Origin: a virus
Lineage: Duplodnaviria; Caudoviricetes
Virus record (IMG/VR): IMGVR_UViG_3300035070_002843
Coordinates: 1-52,345 of that record
Reading direction: 5' to 3' (one strand)
DNA: 52,345 nt
Shown: positions 32,490 to 42,402 of the stretch, piece by piece
Layout of the letters: each line of letters starts with the position of its first letter
Position numbering within the stretch: the first letter of the stretch is position 1
Translations under genes and position numbers: made by a program
Notes under the pieces: model-generated
The model's input: the letters and a program-made list of their open reading frames with translations, nothing else
Told to the model about the DNA's origin: nothing
Database searches by the model: none

Positions 32490-34318
32490 GAGAGGACATT
32501 AAGAGTATTTTGATAATCAATTTGAGCTTTTGCGAATGAAAGCCCACTATCAATATCTATAACATAATTTCTTAATGGTCTAATTGTAGATTCATTGGTA
32601 GGTACTGCTGAAATTTTAATAATATCATTCGTTGCTGCTTCAGGATTAAATGCCGTTAGCTCAACCACACCCGTTGATGGTGTGTATTCACCTATGTTAT
32701 CAATGATAACCTCTTCAGCAAGAGACTGAATTTGTAAAATATTAGTGCCAAGTCTATTTCTAATTACAGCAGTTTGGCCAAGATAAGTAAACCTTGATGA
32801 TGTAACTGTAGGTGTATTAAGATTTGGTGCTGCTAGAGTTACTGGGTATGATAGAATAAAATTATTTAATGCACCAAATGTTGGCTCAATTCTTAATTGA
32901 ATTTTAACATCCATGCGAGAGTTAAGAATAGCCTGATTTATATTATCAATTCTTGATAACAAGGTTGATCTTCTAAATACTTTACCGAATTTCTTTAACT
33001 CTTCATTAAAGTAAGTTTCAATTATACTTGTTACGCTAGACTCAGCTGATCTAACCGTAGTGTTGGTTTGATCAGGATCAAAATTAAATCTAGTAGTAAG
33101 TTCTAAATAAACATTTACTGGATCTGAGAATACAGTGTCAATTGACATAATTGCCAGATTATTAGTCAGATTGGTAACAATAGAATCCTTAATCGTCTGC
33201 TTTTGAGCATCACTTACACCATCAATAAACTGTAAACCTACATACGTTCTACCGTATATGGGTGGTGTGTTATCCTGACCACCCCAAGCAATAACATCAG
33301 CTATGGATGAGGAATAATTGGCCAATATTTGTGCCTTATAATCTTCAGCTGTAACCATACGTTGTTGTGAAGCAAACGCGATGGATGCATTTTGTTTAAT
33401 TGATGCAATAGATTCATTCGCACTACCACCATTGGATGCTGAAACCGTAGTCGTAATAAGTGGATAATCAATACCACCGACGAACACATCATTTTGTGCA
33501 GTAAAAACATCCGCGCCATTAGCTTCATTAGCAGATGTGGCTAGATATGAAATTACAATCTTATTACCAACACTCGGTGCGTTACCCAAAACACTACCAT
33601 CACCAAAGATTAGCTCAAAATACCCATTCGGTACTTCCTTAATCTGGTACAAATAACTTGACTCATCAATTCTAATTGCTTTATTTAAATCACTATATGT
33701 GGTGTATGATGTACTCGTCGTCGTATCGTATACATTTACCACTACCGTTGTGGTATCAATGTCCTTATCAGGTATTACATAAATCTGTTGATCTGAAACA
33801 TCACCTACGATAAATGTTTTTGTTCTTATTACGCCTTCAGCAATTGTTAAATTCTGATTATTATTCTCATTCACAAATACATACTCACCAGAGCCATCAT
33901 CTGTGGCAACGTAATTCTCTAATGTTTGAAAAACATATGAGCTACCTTCAATAGATGTATTAAATTTAGTAAACGCTGGAATTGAAATCGTATTAGGTCT
34001 ATCTCCAGCTGTAATAAGTAAACTTAAATTTACACTTGCCTTTGATGTTGTTTTTGATCTTGGTGAGTAGCCAAGCATTTCTGCATGCGATACCACTGAT
34101 GATCTCAACTGAGCTGAATTTAGAAATGTCTCATTTAATGCAAAGTTTGCAATGAGACCGTTCATATGTGTATTATAAGCTAAAACATCCAATATATTGG
34201 ATAAACCAGAGGCTTCAAAATCGTAGTCAGCAAATTCACTCTGCTGTCTAAAATAAGCAGTCAAGTTCGCTTTAATATTATTAAAATCTAAATCTGATGA
34301 TTGAATGGTGGATGCCAT
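32486..34318 (-). CDS. gp6: Baseplate wedge subunit
   Basis: LDF..IK.NL..Y...Q.EF.DYDFE.SGLS..LD.LAYNTH, SAQLRSSVVSHA..LGY.P.S, Q.R.VTA.DY. Confidence 0.95.
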   Translation of the reverse strand: MASTIQSSDLDFNNIKANLTAYFRQQSEFADYDFEASGLSNILDVLAYNTHMNGLIANFALNETFLNSAQLRSSVVSHAEMLGYSPRSKTTSKASVNLSLLITAGDRPNTISIPAFTKFNTSIEGSSYVFQTLENYVATDDGSGEYVFVNENNNQNLTIAEGVIRTKTFIVGDVSDQQIYVIPDKDIDTTTVVVNVYDTTTSTSYTTYSDLNKAIRIDESSYLYQIKEVPNGYFELIFGDGSVLGNAPSVGNKIVISYLATSANEANGADVFTAQNDVFVGGIDYPLITTTVSASNGGSANESIASIKQNASIAFASQQRMVTAEDYKAQILANYSSSIADVIAWGGQDNTPPIYGRTYVGLQFIDGVSDAQKQTIKDSIVTNLTNNLAIMSIDTVFSDPVNVYLELTTRFNFDPDQTNTTVRSAESSVTSIIETYFNEELKKFGKVFRRSTLLSRIDNINQAILNSRMDVKIQLRIEPTFGALNNFILSYPVTLAAPNLNTPTVTSSRFTYLGQTAVIRNRLGTNILQIQSLAEEVIIDNIGEYTPSTGVVELTAFNPEAATNDIIKISAVPTNESTIRPLRNYVIDIDSGLSFAKAQIDYQNTLNVLS

Positions 34319-34762
34319 TTATCGTGTCCTTGCTAATGAAACTTCAACCGAAGTTATCTCTGATGTTGATACAACCTCAAACACAACGGTTACCTTTACC
34401 TCATACGAGTCTGGAAAAACATAAACCTGTACATCCAATACCCGAGCTCTTGGCTCATAGTTCTCAATAGCGAGAACGACATGATCCTGAATATCCTGCG
34501 CATCAAACTCTGATGATAACTCAAATAAGAATTTATTTAAATCACCGCCATAATAAGGTTCGAATGGCTTTTCGGTCCTATTAGTAAGCAACAAGTTTTT
34601 AACCGATTGCTTTACCGCCGCTGCGTTTGTCTTTTTATAAATCTCGCCGGTCGTTTTATTTGTAAAAGATAAATCAATATCCTTATATTCTTTTCTACGC
34701 GCTACTATTATAGACCTTGTAGCAAGATTTCCGTCTTCGATTGAAAAAGCTTTTGTAACCAT
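34319..34762 (-). CDS. gp25: Baseplate wedge subunit / sheath initiator
   Basis: Y.DIDL.F...AVKQSVKNL.LT...EKPF.P..G...LFE...I.NYEPR. Confidence 0.95.
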   Translation of the reverse strand: MVTKAFSIEDGNLATRSIIVARRKEYKDIDLSFTNKTTGEIYKKTNAAAVKQSVKNLLLTNRTEKPFEPYYGGDLNKFLFELSSEFDAQDIQDHVVLAIENYEPRARVLDVQVYVFPDSYEVKVTVVFEVVSTSEITSVEVSLARTR

Positions 34763-34768
34763 AGTTAG

Positions 34769-34776
34769 TATTTATT
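34769..34776 (-). promoter_or_regulatory. Late-promoter variant AATAAATA, 6 nt before the gp25 ATG
   Basis: Minus strand reads AATAAATA-CTAACT-ATG. Confidence 0.55.
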
Positions 34777-35374
34777 AAACTTCTAATATTTCTACAAGCT
34801 CATTTGTACTTTGTACGTAATTATTAAAGGTTGTTTCAATCTTATTTGCATATGTCACAACCCATGGTGGTCTAATCTCTGGCATGATAATGGCAATTTG
34901 AGCATTCAGCTCACCATTTGGATCGTATGAATCATAGTCCAAAATAAGTTTATCAAATTCAATATGATCTTTTAAGAACACGGCCAAATCAAATGTTTTC
35001 TCTGGAGCGTTATTGCCTTCCTCATCAATGAGTTCGTAGACAACACACTGCCCATTTGCCATATAGCTATTTGTGCTACCGATGTCAAGAATCTCACCCG
35101 GCGCTGGACGATATAAACCTTCAGCAACCACGAGCCTATAATCAGCAAACTTACCACCAATGTTATCGGCAACAACTCTAATTACTTGAGCTTGCAAGTA
35201 ATATTGTTTGGCCAATTTTAATCTCTCAGCAGGACTGATGATATGTGTCATCGTCTGCTTATCGCCATAACCACCTAAAAATCTACCCATGCTAATACCA
35301 GGTGCCAATCGCGTTCGTGGTGTAATAACGGATTGGTTGGCTGGGTTATAAGCAGCATCTGGATTAATAATCAT
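34775..35374 (-). CDS. gp5-locus protein with a degenerate peptidase M15A-like fold
   Basis: L.V..G.YR...NGQ..(V)..E...LA.FL.D...FD.LIL.Y resembles M15A, but the metal ligands are not visible. Confidence 0.45.
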   Translation of the reverse strand: MIINPDAAYNPANQSVITPRTRLAPGISMGRFLGGYGDKQTMTHIISPAERLKLAKQYYLQAQVIRVVADNIGGKFADYRLVVAEGLYRPAPGEILDIGSTNSYMANGQCVVYELIDEEGNNAPEKTFDLAVFLKDHIEFDKLILDYDSYDPNGELNAQIAIIMPEIRPPWVVTYANKIETTFNNYVQSTNELVEILEV

Positions 35375-36696
35375 TTGCTATACCTCTTCGTCAAATCACC
35401 ACTATTGCCTATTGAAATACTACCTCGTTGTGGTGATGCATCAACACTTACGGTACGGCCAATTTTACTTGGTGCTGCCTGAATATATCCAGGACTTAAC
35501 TTACCTTCGGCAATCATCGCACCAATAAACTTAGCATTACCTAAAGTATTTCTATCTCTTAATTTAGACCGAACCTCCGATACCGTGAGTTCTCTATTTG
35601 CAACTCCTCCGTACTCATTGGTTTTATCAATCGTATCTTTTAACACATCACCCGGATCAATGGAAACCTCTTTCACACCAAATGATGATGCATGCAAGTA
35701 ATCAGTCATGATTGCCGCCGTTGGCTCAACCGTAACCGTAGTGTCGTGTGTGGGGTAGTTTGCAGAACCTGGACTACCAAGACCACCAGCAACATTTGCG
35801 CCACTTGCTAAATCTGCCAACGCAGCCTCATCGGCTTTACCATTCAAAGTGCCGTGGAATGTCTCACCGTAATATGACTTGCCATAATGAATAATATTAT
35901 CGCCACCAATAGTGCCAGTGTCGCCGATAAGCGTTAAACTCTCAGCCCCTATGTTGATATTGGGTGAGGATATGCTTGCAACGTTTTCAGCAGTAATCAT
36001 AAACTCATCACCACTGTACAGTTCAAATCCACCCTCAACGATTTGTTTCGTATCACCTTTGATAATCTTATTGGCATTACCCAAGATCGTTTCGGTCTGC
36101 TCACCACCAACGAAGTTGGACTGATGTTCCGTAATAACGGTCTTTTGTGTCTTACGAACTATTTTCTTATGTGACCCACGGATCTCTTCATTATTATTAC
36201 CACCCGTCGTTACGTTAAAATCACCACCGACGACGAGGTCAAAGTTACCCGCAACCTGTAGCGATAGGTTACCATTATAGACTAGTTCACCATCACCATC
36301 GACGATTACCTTTTCATCATGGCAGGTGACTCTAACCGTATTACCCACAGAGCTAAAGATCATGGTACCATCTGATCTCATCTCTACACCAGAACCCGTC
36401 CGATGACGAATTAAAATTCTCTCAGAACCAGGCGTATCATCATACTCTGTAATATGCCCACTGGCCGTTTGTTTAACCTGGTTGTTAGGATAACCAGACG
36501 GAGCGAGGGGTTTTAAATCAAGTGATACGTTTTTATAACCACCACCAGTGTATACTCTATTGATCTTATAACCACGTGCTGCCTCGTTTGTTGATGCAAC
36601 ATTTATGTATGATCTGTATGGATACTCGGCATTATGATCCGTAAAACCATTGTCACGTTTGCCTTCATTTGTTGGTTCAATGTCTATATCAGCCAT
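35371..36696 (-). CDS. gp5: Central spike C-terminal (beta-helix) part of gp5
   Basis: YP.NQV..T.SGH..EYDDTPG.ERI...H.TG...E followed by 8-residue V.G repeats. Confidence 0.85.
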   Translation of the reverse strand: MADIDIEPTNEGKRDNGFTDHNAEYPYRSYINVASTNEAARGYKINRVYTGGGYKNVSLDLKPLAPSGYPNNQVKQTASGHITEYDDTPGSERILIRHRTGSGVEMRSDGTMIFSSVGNTVRVTCHDEKVIVDGDGELVYNGNLSLQVAGNFDLVVGGDFNVTTGGNNNEEIRGSHKKIVRKTQKTVITEHQSNFVGGEQTETILGNANKIIKGDTKQIVEGGFELYSGDEFMITAENVASISSPNINIGAESLTLIGDTGTIGGDNIIHYGKSYYGETFHGTLNGKADEAALADLASGANVAGGLGSPGSANYPTHDTTVTVEPTAAIMTDYLHASSFGVKEVSIDPGDVLKDTIDKTNEYGGVANRELTVSEVRSKLRDRNTLGNAKFIGAMIAEGKLSPGYIQAAPSKIGRTVSVDASPQRGSISIGNSGDLTKRYSK

Positions 36697-36701
36697 GATG
36701 T

Positions 36702-39314
36702 TTACCTATTATTTTGATCTTGTTGATTCTTTTCAGATGCGGCAAGAGTTCGTTCGGCTTGTGCCAATTCGGATTCTTTTGCTGAAATTTGTGATTCCAG
36801 TGATGCTAATTGACTATTGTATTCACTATCAGATAATACGCCTACTTTAGAAGCGCCCGGTTGTTGTGCAAAAATCCTATCACTATTTAATTTACTTCTC
36901 TTAGCTCTAAGTGAGAATAACTCACGCCTAATCTTATTACGATTAGTTCTTTCCTCACTGGCGGATTCATACTTTTTAATCGGTTCCTTCTTAGGTGTTT
37001 CCTCAGTAAGCTCATCCTCACATTCTTTATATTCTATTTCCAATTGCTTGATTTCAGCATCAAGTTCTTTCCATTTTAAATTCAGATCATCTTTTTGTAG
37101 TTCCCATTGCGCCTTATCAGATCTTTGTAGGTTACTAAGTTCACTAGATATACGGCCTTTTTCCTTGACCTTTTTATCTATCTCTTCAGATAGACTTTGC
37201 ATTTTATCTTCACAACTCTTCTCTTCTGCTGGAGTTGGTTTTGGTTTTTCACCCGTATCTGGATCTGCTGGTTTCTTAGGTGGATCCACAGCCTTTGTCA
37301 CAACGGGAGTAATTGTGGGTTTTACTATCTTCTCAGGTATTGCGTTATTTAATTCCGTGGGTAGTAACGCACCCAACTTATCTTCAATACGAGTATTTAA
37401 CTCATAATTTCCTGTATATGATGTTTCCCAACCAAAGCGAGTTTTGGTCCATTCTCTTACATCAAAGAAGGGTTGAGCAAATACGGGCTTGTTCGGCTCA
37501 CCGTCTGTATATGTATCAATCAATCCAATACCTTCACCACCAGGAATTGCTGCTTCAAATGCCTTACAAAACATTTCAAATGTTTCCCATTGCTTTGTGG
37601 TATAGTTTTTTGCCGAACGATAAAGATCTCGATTAAAAGACTTATCACTATATTGACTGAATGTTGCATCAAGGCCACCCTCAAAATCAATGTGTATAAG
37701 TCTTGCTGTAAATCCATTAAACCCCGCTGTTTTACTGCCGTCCCATAGTGGTTTAATCAACGGTCGGCCTCTTTGTAAACTTCCGTCCCGTCTAATATAA
37801 TAATGAGTTTGTGTGCCACCGTGCTTGGCAACAAATGCCTTTAAATAATTCGTATCGGAATTACCAAGTCTATCACCTAATTTTTTTAAATACGTTGTTG
37901 TATTATAAATTCTAACTGTAGCATTGTGCATTACATCCGCAGGACTTGAACGGTCGTATGGTATATTGGTTGCACCAACCATAAAAGCAGTAATGGGTCT
38001 TTTTGTTGAGATGTTTCTTATCTCGGCCTCAAGCTCTTCCTTTGAGTTTACAAAGCTAAAATAATCTCTTGGTAATACCGTGGTGCCATTAAAATCATTT
38101 ATTTTATCTGGATTATCAAGCTTAGTAATCGGTGTGGTTGCTTTAACACTCGGATCGGTAAGTGTGCTTTTATTAATTGCTTTGGATAAATTAGTACTTC
38201 CGTCCTGTTTAACGATTTCAACCGGTTCTGTTTTAGGCAGTTGTGTGGTTAGTTTAAAGTTACTAGGATCAAGTTGTGTTCTTGATGAAACGCCTGGTAT
38301 GGCACCAGAACCAGGAAACCCACCTGTTGGAAGAACACCAGATGATGCGGTTCCGGGCAACGTAGGCTGGGGTAAATTAATACCTAATGCCTTTGAAGCA
38401 AATGCTGTTAATGATTTATTTAAAGCAACGTTACGTTGTACCTGTGTTGTATCAACTGCCGTTTGTGACGTTGCCACATTGGTCAAGGCAGGCTTTGACG
38501 CGACAGATGCTACTGTACCCGTATTCGCATTGATTTGACCTTTTTTCAACACACCTGCAATAAGACCACCAACGTTACCGAGAATATTGGCAAATGGATT
38601 ACCAGCAGAACCACTTAATGAGCTAGTTAATGCGCCGAATGGATTGGCCAAGTTATCATTATTCTTTTGTGTTACCTCTGTAACATTATTCGTCACCTTT
38701 TCGCCAATATTTACATTGTAATTCTGTTCTGCAACGTCACCATTGGATGATGTTGCTCTCATCTTTATCTTAATTGCTTCCGGACTAGCACCCACCGTCG
38801 ATGTAAGTGTTTTCTCAATACCCTTGGGTGAACCCTGTGTAACCGTTGTGGTTAGGAAACCATTCGTTGCGACTTTACCCGTCAGTGTTGTAATCTCTGT
38901 CTTTTTACCTGACGTCCGAGTAACGGTAATACCACCACCATCAACGGCAGAGGTCATCATCGCAAGTGAAGGTTCTGCCGTAACCGTCTCACCCTCGTCA
39001 GTGGTGACGGTAAGCGATTTAAACCCACCAGCAGTCTCACCAATCTTTACACCAAGTACAGAACCTTGTGTTGCCTGACGCTCAAGCTTTGCAGTGTCAC
39101 CTGTATTCTGTAATGATTTTGCATTTACTTTCTTAACGATTGCTGTTAAGTCTAAATTAAACTTATCTTTGCTAAAAAGGCCTGATGCTGCACCAGTTAA
39201 TGAATTATTTAATTTTAAATTTCTATCAACCTGTGCCTCTGCCTCAGCACGAGTCATACCAGGGTTGCTGGCAAGTACCTTCTGTATATCTTCTTCTCTA
39301 TTATACTCAGCCAT
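36702..39314 (-). CDS. 870-aa gp5-locus protein with a degenerate N-acetylmuramoyl-L-alanine amidase (Amidase_2-like) domain and C-terminal coiled coil
   Basis: HYYIRRDGSLQRGRP, I.F.GG, YT.KQW and PFFDV resemble T7-lysozyme-type amidases; K/E-rich heptads at the C-terminus. Confidence 0.65.
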   Translation of the reverse strand: MAEYNREEDIQKVLASNPGMTRAEAEAQVDRNLKLNNSLTGAASGLFSKDKFNLDLTAIVKKVNAKSLQNTGDTAKLERQATQGSVLGVKIGETAGGFKSLTVTTDEGETVTAEPSLAMMTSAVDGGGITVTRTSGKKTEITTLTGKVATNGFLTTTVTQGSPKGIEKTLTSTVGASPEAIKIKMRATSSNGDVAEQNYNVNIGEKVTNNVTEVTQKNNDNLANPFGALTSSLSGSAGNPFANILGNVGGLIAGVLKKGQINANTGTVASVASKPALTNVATSQTAVDTTQVQRNVALNKSLTAFASKALGINLPQPTLPGTASSGVLPTGGFPGSGAIPGVSSRTQLDPSNFKLTTQLPKTEPVEIVKQDGSTNLSKAINKSTLTDPSVKATTPITKLDNPDKINDFNGTTVLPRDYFSFVNSKEELEAEIRNISTKRPITAFMVGATNIPYDRSSPADVMHNATVRIYNTTTYLKKLGDRLGNSDTNYLKAFVAKHGGTQTHYYIRRDGSLQRGRPLIKPLWDGSKTAGFNGFTARLIHIDFEGGLDATFSQYSDKSFNRDLYRSAKNYTTKQWETFEMFCKAFEAAIPGGEGIGLIDTYTDGEPNKPVFAQPFFDVREWTKTRFGWETSYTGNYELNTRIEDKLGALLPTELNNAIPEKIVKPTITPVVTKAVDPPKKPADPDTGEKPKPTPAEEKSCEDKMQSLSEEIDKKVKEKGRISSELSNLQRSDKAQWELQKDDLNLKWKELDAEIKQLEIEYKECEDELTEETPKKEPIKKYESASEERTNRNKIRRELFSLRAKRSKLNSDRIFAQQPGASKVGVLSDSEYNSQLASLESQISAKESELAQAERTLAASEKNQQDQNNR

Positions 39315-40312
39315 TATGGATTTTCCATTTTCTCAAGAAGTTCTCTTGCATATTTCTGACGTTTAGGTATGTTGGCCTCATCTTTCCCTGGCCGTTCAAA
39401 TTTAAGACAAAACACCTCTGTGGCCTCATCCAAACTCTTTGCATTTAACAACTGTTTTTTGCCAAAATAACCGAAGGTATCAAGTTCATATTTAATGAAT
39501 AAACATTGTGCAATTACACTGAACCAAGGAATGTTTCTTTCAGCCGCAAAGTTTTTCATATTATCTCTTCGGTTCTCCCATTTGGTATTTAACCATTGAG
39601 CAATACCGGTTGCACCAATCGAATTTACAATCGCCGGTTGTATATCACCACCATAACTTGATTCTTGTAATAAATTGCCAACGATTCCCGCCGATTGAAG
39701 TGGAGAGTATCCACCACCTTCTGGTGTCAAGAAAAAGGTAAAAGCCTTTTCAGCATTTGATTGACCAGGTAATTTTCTATCAATAGGACACTGTTCGTAA
39801 ACCTTACGGCCACGGGAGTTTGTTTTTACCGTTGAGGGTACTCCCGTTGTAGATACAGATGGTGTATATGTACCAGTACTTAAAGCAGCGGTATCCTCTG
39901 TTGTAAGGGATGTGCCACTTGCTCTTTCAGCCGGTGTGTTGTCGGTAGTGATATCAAGGACTTTTCTATCCTTGGTTTCCGTGGCAGTTAATGTTTCTAT
40001 CTTTGGTATGGATCCCATCACCAATGGTAGTTGTGAGTTTTTACCGTCCAAGAAAATACCAAATACTTGTGACTTCGGCTTAATACCAACGTTGGCACCA
40101 AGGCCTGAAACGCCACCTTCGGTGACAGGGACTACCGTCTGCGCCCACGGTAAATCACTTAATGGAATATCAATCGTACTGGCTGAGTGTATCCCATGAA
40201 TCCTTACCTGGACTCTACCAAGCTGTAATGGATCATTTACGTTTACAACGATGCCGATAAACCATCTAGTCTCGTCACCATAATACTCGCTATAGGAAGA
40301 TGGAATTGACAT
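39314..40312 (-). CDS. gp5: gp5 N-terminal OB-fold fused to a phage tail lysozyme domain
   Basis: WF.G.V....DPL.LGRV.VRI.G.H....LPWA (OB fold), then AGIVGNL.QES...GIAQW...RR...FERP (tail lysozyme). Confidence 0.85.
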   Translation of the reverse strand: MSIPSSYSEYYGDETRWFIGIVVNVNDPLQLGRVQVRIHGIHSASTIDIPLSDLPWAQTVVPVTEGGVSGLGANVGIKPKSQVFGIFLDGKNSQLPLVMGSIPKIETLTATETKDRKVLDITTDNTPAERASGTSLTTEDTAALSTGTYTPSVSTTGVPSTVKTNSRGRKVYEQCPIDRKLPGQSNAEKAFTFFLTPEGGGYSPLQSAGIVGNLLQESSYGGDIQPAIVNSIGATGIAQWLNTKWENRRDNMKNFAAERNIPWFSVIAQCLFIKYELDTFGYFGKKQLLNAKSLDEATEVFCLKFERPGKDEANIPKRQKYARELLEKMENP

Positions 40313-41646
40313 TATTTAACACTCCCCAATTTTGCACCAGACATTGAAATATAATAACCATCGCTTTTAAACATATGGCGACAAGCAATAATTAAATGGT
40401 CACCCGACTGCTTGGGGTCCGTCTTAATATCACCATCAGTATTAAAGGGCACATTTACTGCAATTACCCTACCAATGGACGTGTTGTGTCGACCATCAAT
40501 AAAGTCAACACCATTTATCATCCAATACGATACTGTTTTTAATAGAAAATTCCACATCGATTCTGAGATAATTTTTCTTTTATAGCCTTCAACCGTATCC
40601 TCTTGGTTATAGGATAAACCTTTGTCGTAGCTTTCCGTCATATATGCACCAGAAGACATTACCTGCGCTATTGTTCTGGACTGATATGTGTTGAGTGAAG
40701 CATCATTATATGTGAAGGCTGGATCAAAGGGTAATGTTCTAAGATTCTTTGTCGTAAGTGAACTTTTATATTTCTGAAGTGCATCGGCGTTTACATCAAA
40801 ATTGAATTCCTTAGGCACCCCCGTCATCGTATCAATTGATACGTGTTTACTACCGACCATGCCTGCTGTAATTAATGAATATAGATCATCATTATTGGAG
40901 TAATCATACCCATATACTGTGCGCCTTTGAGCTACGATGCTAGAGCCAGTACCTGCCTGAGCCTGATCAGTGCCAAATGCTACCGTATTCATAGCATTTT
41001 GATCCATTAGTGATGCTAAATCCGTAAATACTAAATCATCACCTACTAGGGTTGAGAACAAATAAAAGGGAAATCCCAGTTCATTTGTGGCCTTACGCTT
41101 AATCCACTGCATCGACCCGATTGGTGCCAGGTTGGGAATGATTACTTTAAACTTACGTTGATAATCATCACCAACTTGTGCAATATTTCTTTTTAAATAT
41201 GAATCTGAGATTTTACTAATAATATCACCACACGTGCCAGTGTAGGATTTACTGATATTATACAACGCGGATATAAAAACAATATCCTCAATAAGGCTTA
41301 ATGATACAATCTCATTTGAGTTATTAACCCTCTTCGCATTATTAACGGACTTTACATAAAATGTTTTCTCTACTGGAAAGGTCCCTGGTTTTGTTGACTG
41401 AATTGAAACCGCAATCTTTTCACCACCAATAATATCAACACCAGCCAAAACACCACGTGAATCAATAAACACAATATTGCCCGTTAGGTAAGGCATTGTA
41501 ATATTTTCAAATATTTCTAGCTCTACCGTTACTGGTGCTAAATCAAATTCCTTGTTCGGCAATCTATCGGACGTCAACAGAACGCTTTTAAAATAAAAAC
41601 TTTTATTACTTAAAGTAGGATCACCACTTTTAATTGCATCTGCCAT
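40312..41646 (-). CDS. Probable baseplate hub protein (gp27-like)
   Basis: Lies between gp53 and gp5; I.E.I..P.LTG...F.D...I.G.E N-terminus and SG..LI...RH.F C-terminus. Confidence 0.55.
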   Translation of the reverse strand: MADAIKSGDPTLSNKSFYFKSVLLTSDRLPNKEFDLAPVTVELEIFENITMPYLTGNIVFIDSRGVLAGVDIIGGEKIAVSIQSTKPGTFPVEKTFYVKSVNNAKRVNNSNEIVSLSLIEDIVFISALYNISKSYTGTCGDIISKISDSYLKRNIAQVGDDYQRKFKVIIPNLAPIGSMQWIKRKATNELGFPFYLFSTLVGDDLVFTDLASLMDQNAMNTVAFGTDQAQAGTGSSIVAQRRTVYGYDYSNNDDLYSLITAGMVGSKHVSIDTMTGVPKEFNFDVNADALQKYKSSLTTKNLRTLPFDPAFTYNDASLNTYQSRTIAQVMSSGAYMTESYDKGLSYNQEDTVEGYKRKIISESMWNFLLKTVSYWMINGVDFIDGRHNTSIGRVIAVNVPFNTDGDIKTDPKQSGDHLIIACRHMFKSDGYYISMSGAKLGSVK

Positions 41647-41649
41647 TTA

Positions 41650-42402
41650 TTAACTTCTCAATGAATCGTTGAACGCATCATACACTTGTGTGATAACATT
41701 AGTCTTTAATACTCTTATTATCTTTAGCGCATCATTGATGGTATTGTATCTATCCAAATGAGTCTTTTCCGTTATTAATGCACCCGGTCCAACTGTGGGA
41801 TCAATATCAACGTGTACACCACTAGCATCTTCATAATGGTGCGCAGATAAGTACTCATCGCCGATGGAGTTTAGCACAATATTAGCACTAACGAAGGGAA
41901 CACCATCAACGAATGCCGCCTCACTAGTAGTGATCAATGTCTCACCCGTTTGAAAAGTACCGACAATATCTTTAACCACTAACTGGCCTAGTTCAATATG
42001 CCTATGATGAACAGTGGCTGTAGCACCAGAACTCAACCCCTGCAAGGTTTCTCCAACCTTAAACACTGAGGCCAATAAATCCCTGGTTGTAATAGTTGTA
42101 TACGGAAAATCCTTCGCCACCTTGTCAAATAATTCTTTATTGGATAAAGGCCAACCTTGCTCACGGATGTGATCATTAATGGCAAAGAAAGTCCAATAGT
42201 AATCAGTAGTACCATAAAGTTTAAACGAGAGTTGGTCTGGCCGTTCTCTATCTTGAACATGATAATAAGTGTATGCAGAAGAATTATCCTTTATGGCATC
42301 AAAAATCTCAACATAGGTTGATAAATCTTGAAACCGATTCGTTGTGGTTTCATCACCAAAACGATATAATGTTCTAGGAAAATTATTAAAATAAGTAGAC
42401 AT
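41650..42402 (-). CDS. gp53: Baseplate wedge subunit (LysM-like)
   Basis: YF.NFP...Y, Y..QD.ERPD.LS..LYG...YYW.F...N, WPLS, HHYE. Confidence 0.9.
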   Translation of the reverse strand: MSTYFNNFPRTLYRFGDETTTNRFQDLSTYVEIFDAIKDNSSAYTYYHVQDRERPDQLSFKLYGTTDYYWTFFAINDHIREQGWPLSNKELFDKVAKDFPYTTITTRDLLASVFKVGETLQGLSSGATATVHHRHIELGQLVVKDIVGTFQTGETLITTSEAAFVDGVPFVSANIVLNSIGDEYLSAHHYEDASGVHVDIDPTVGPGALITEKTHLDRYNTINDALKIIRVLKTNVITQVYDAFNDSLRS

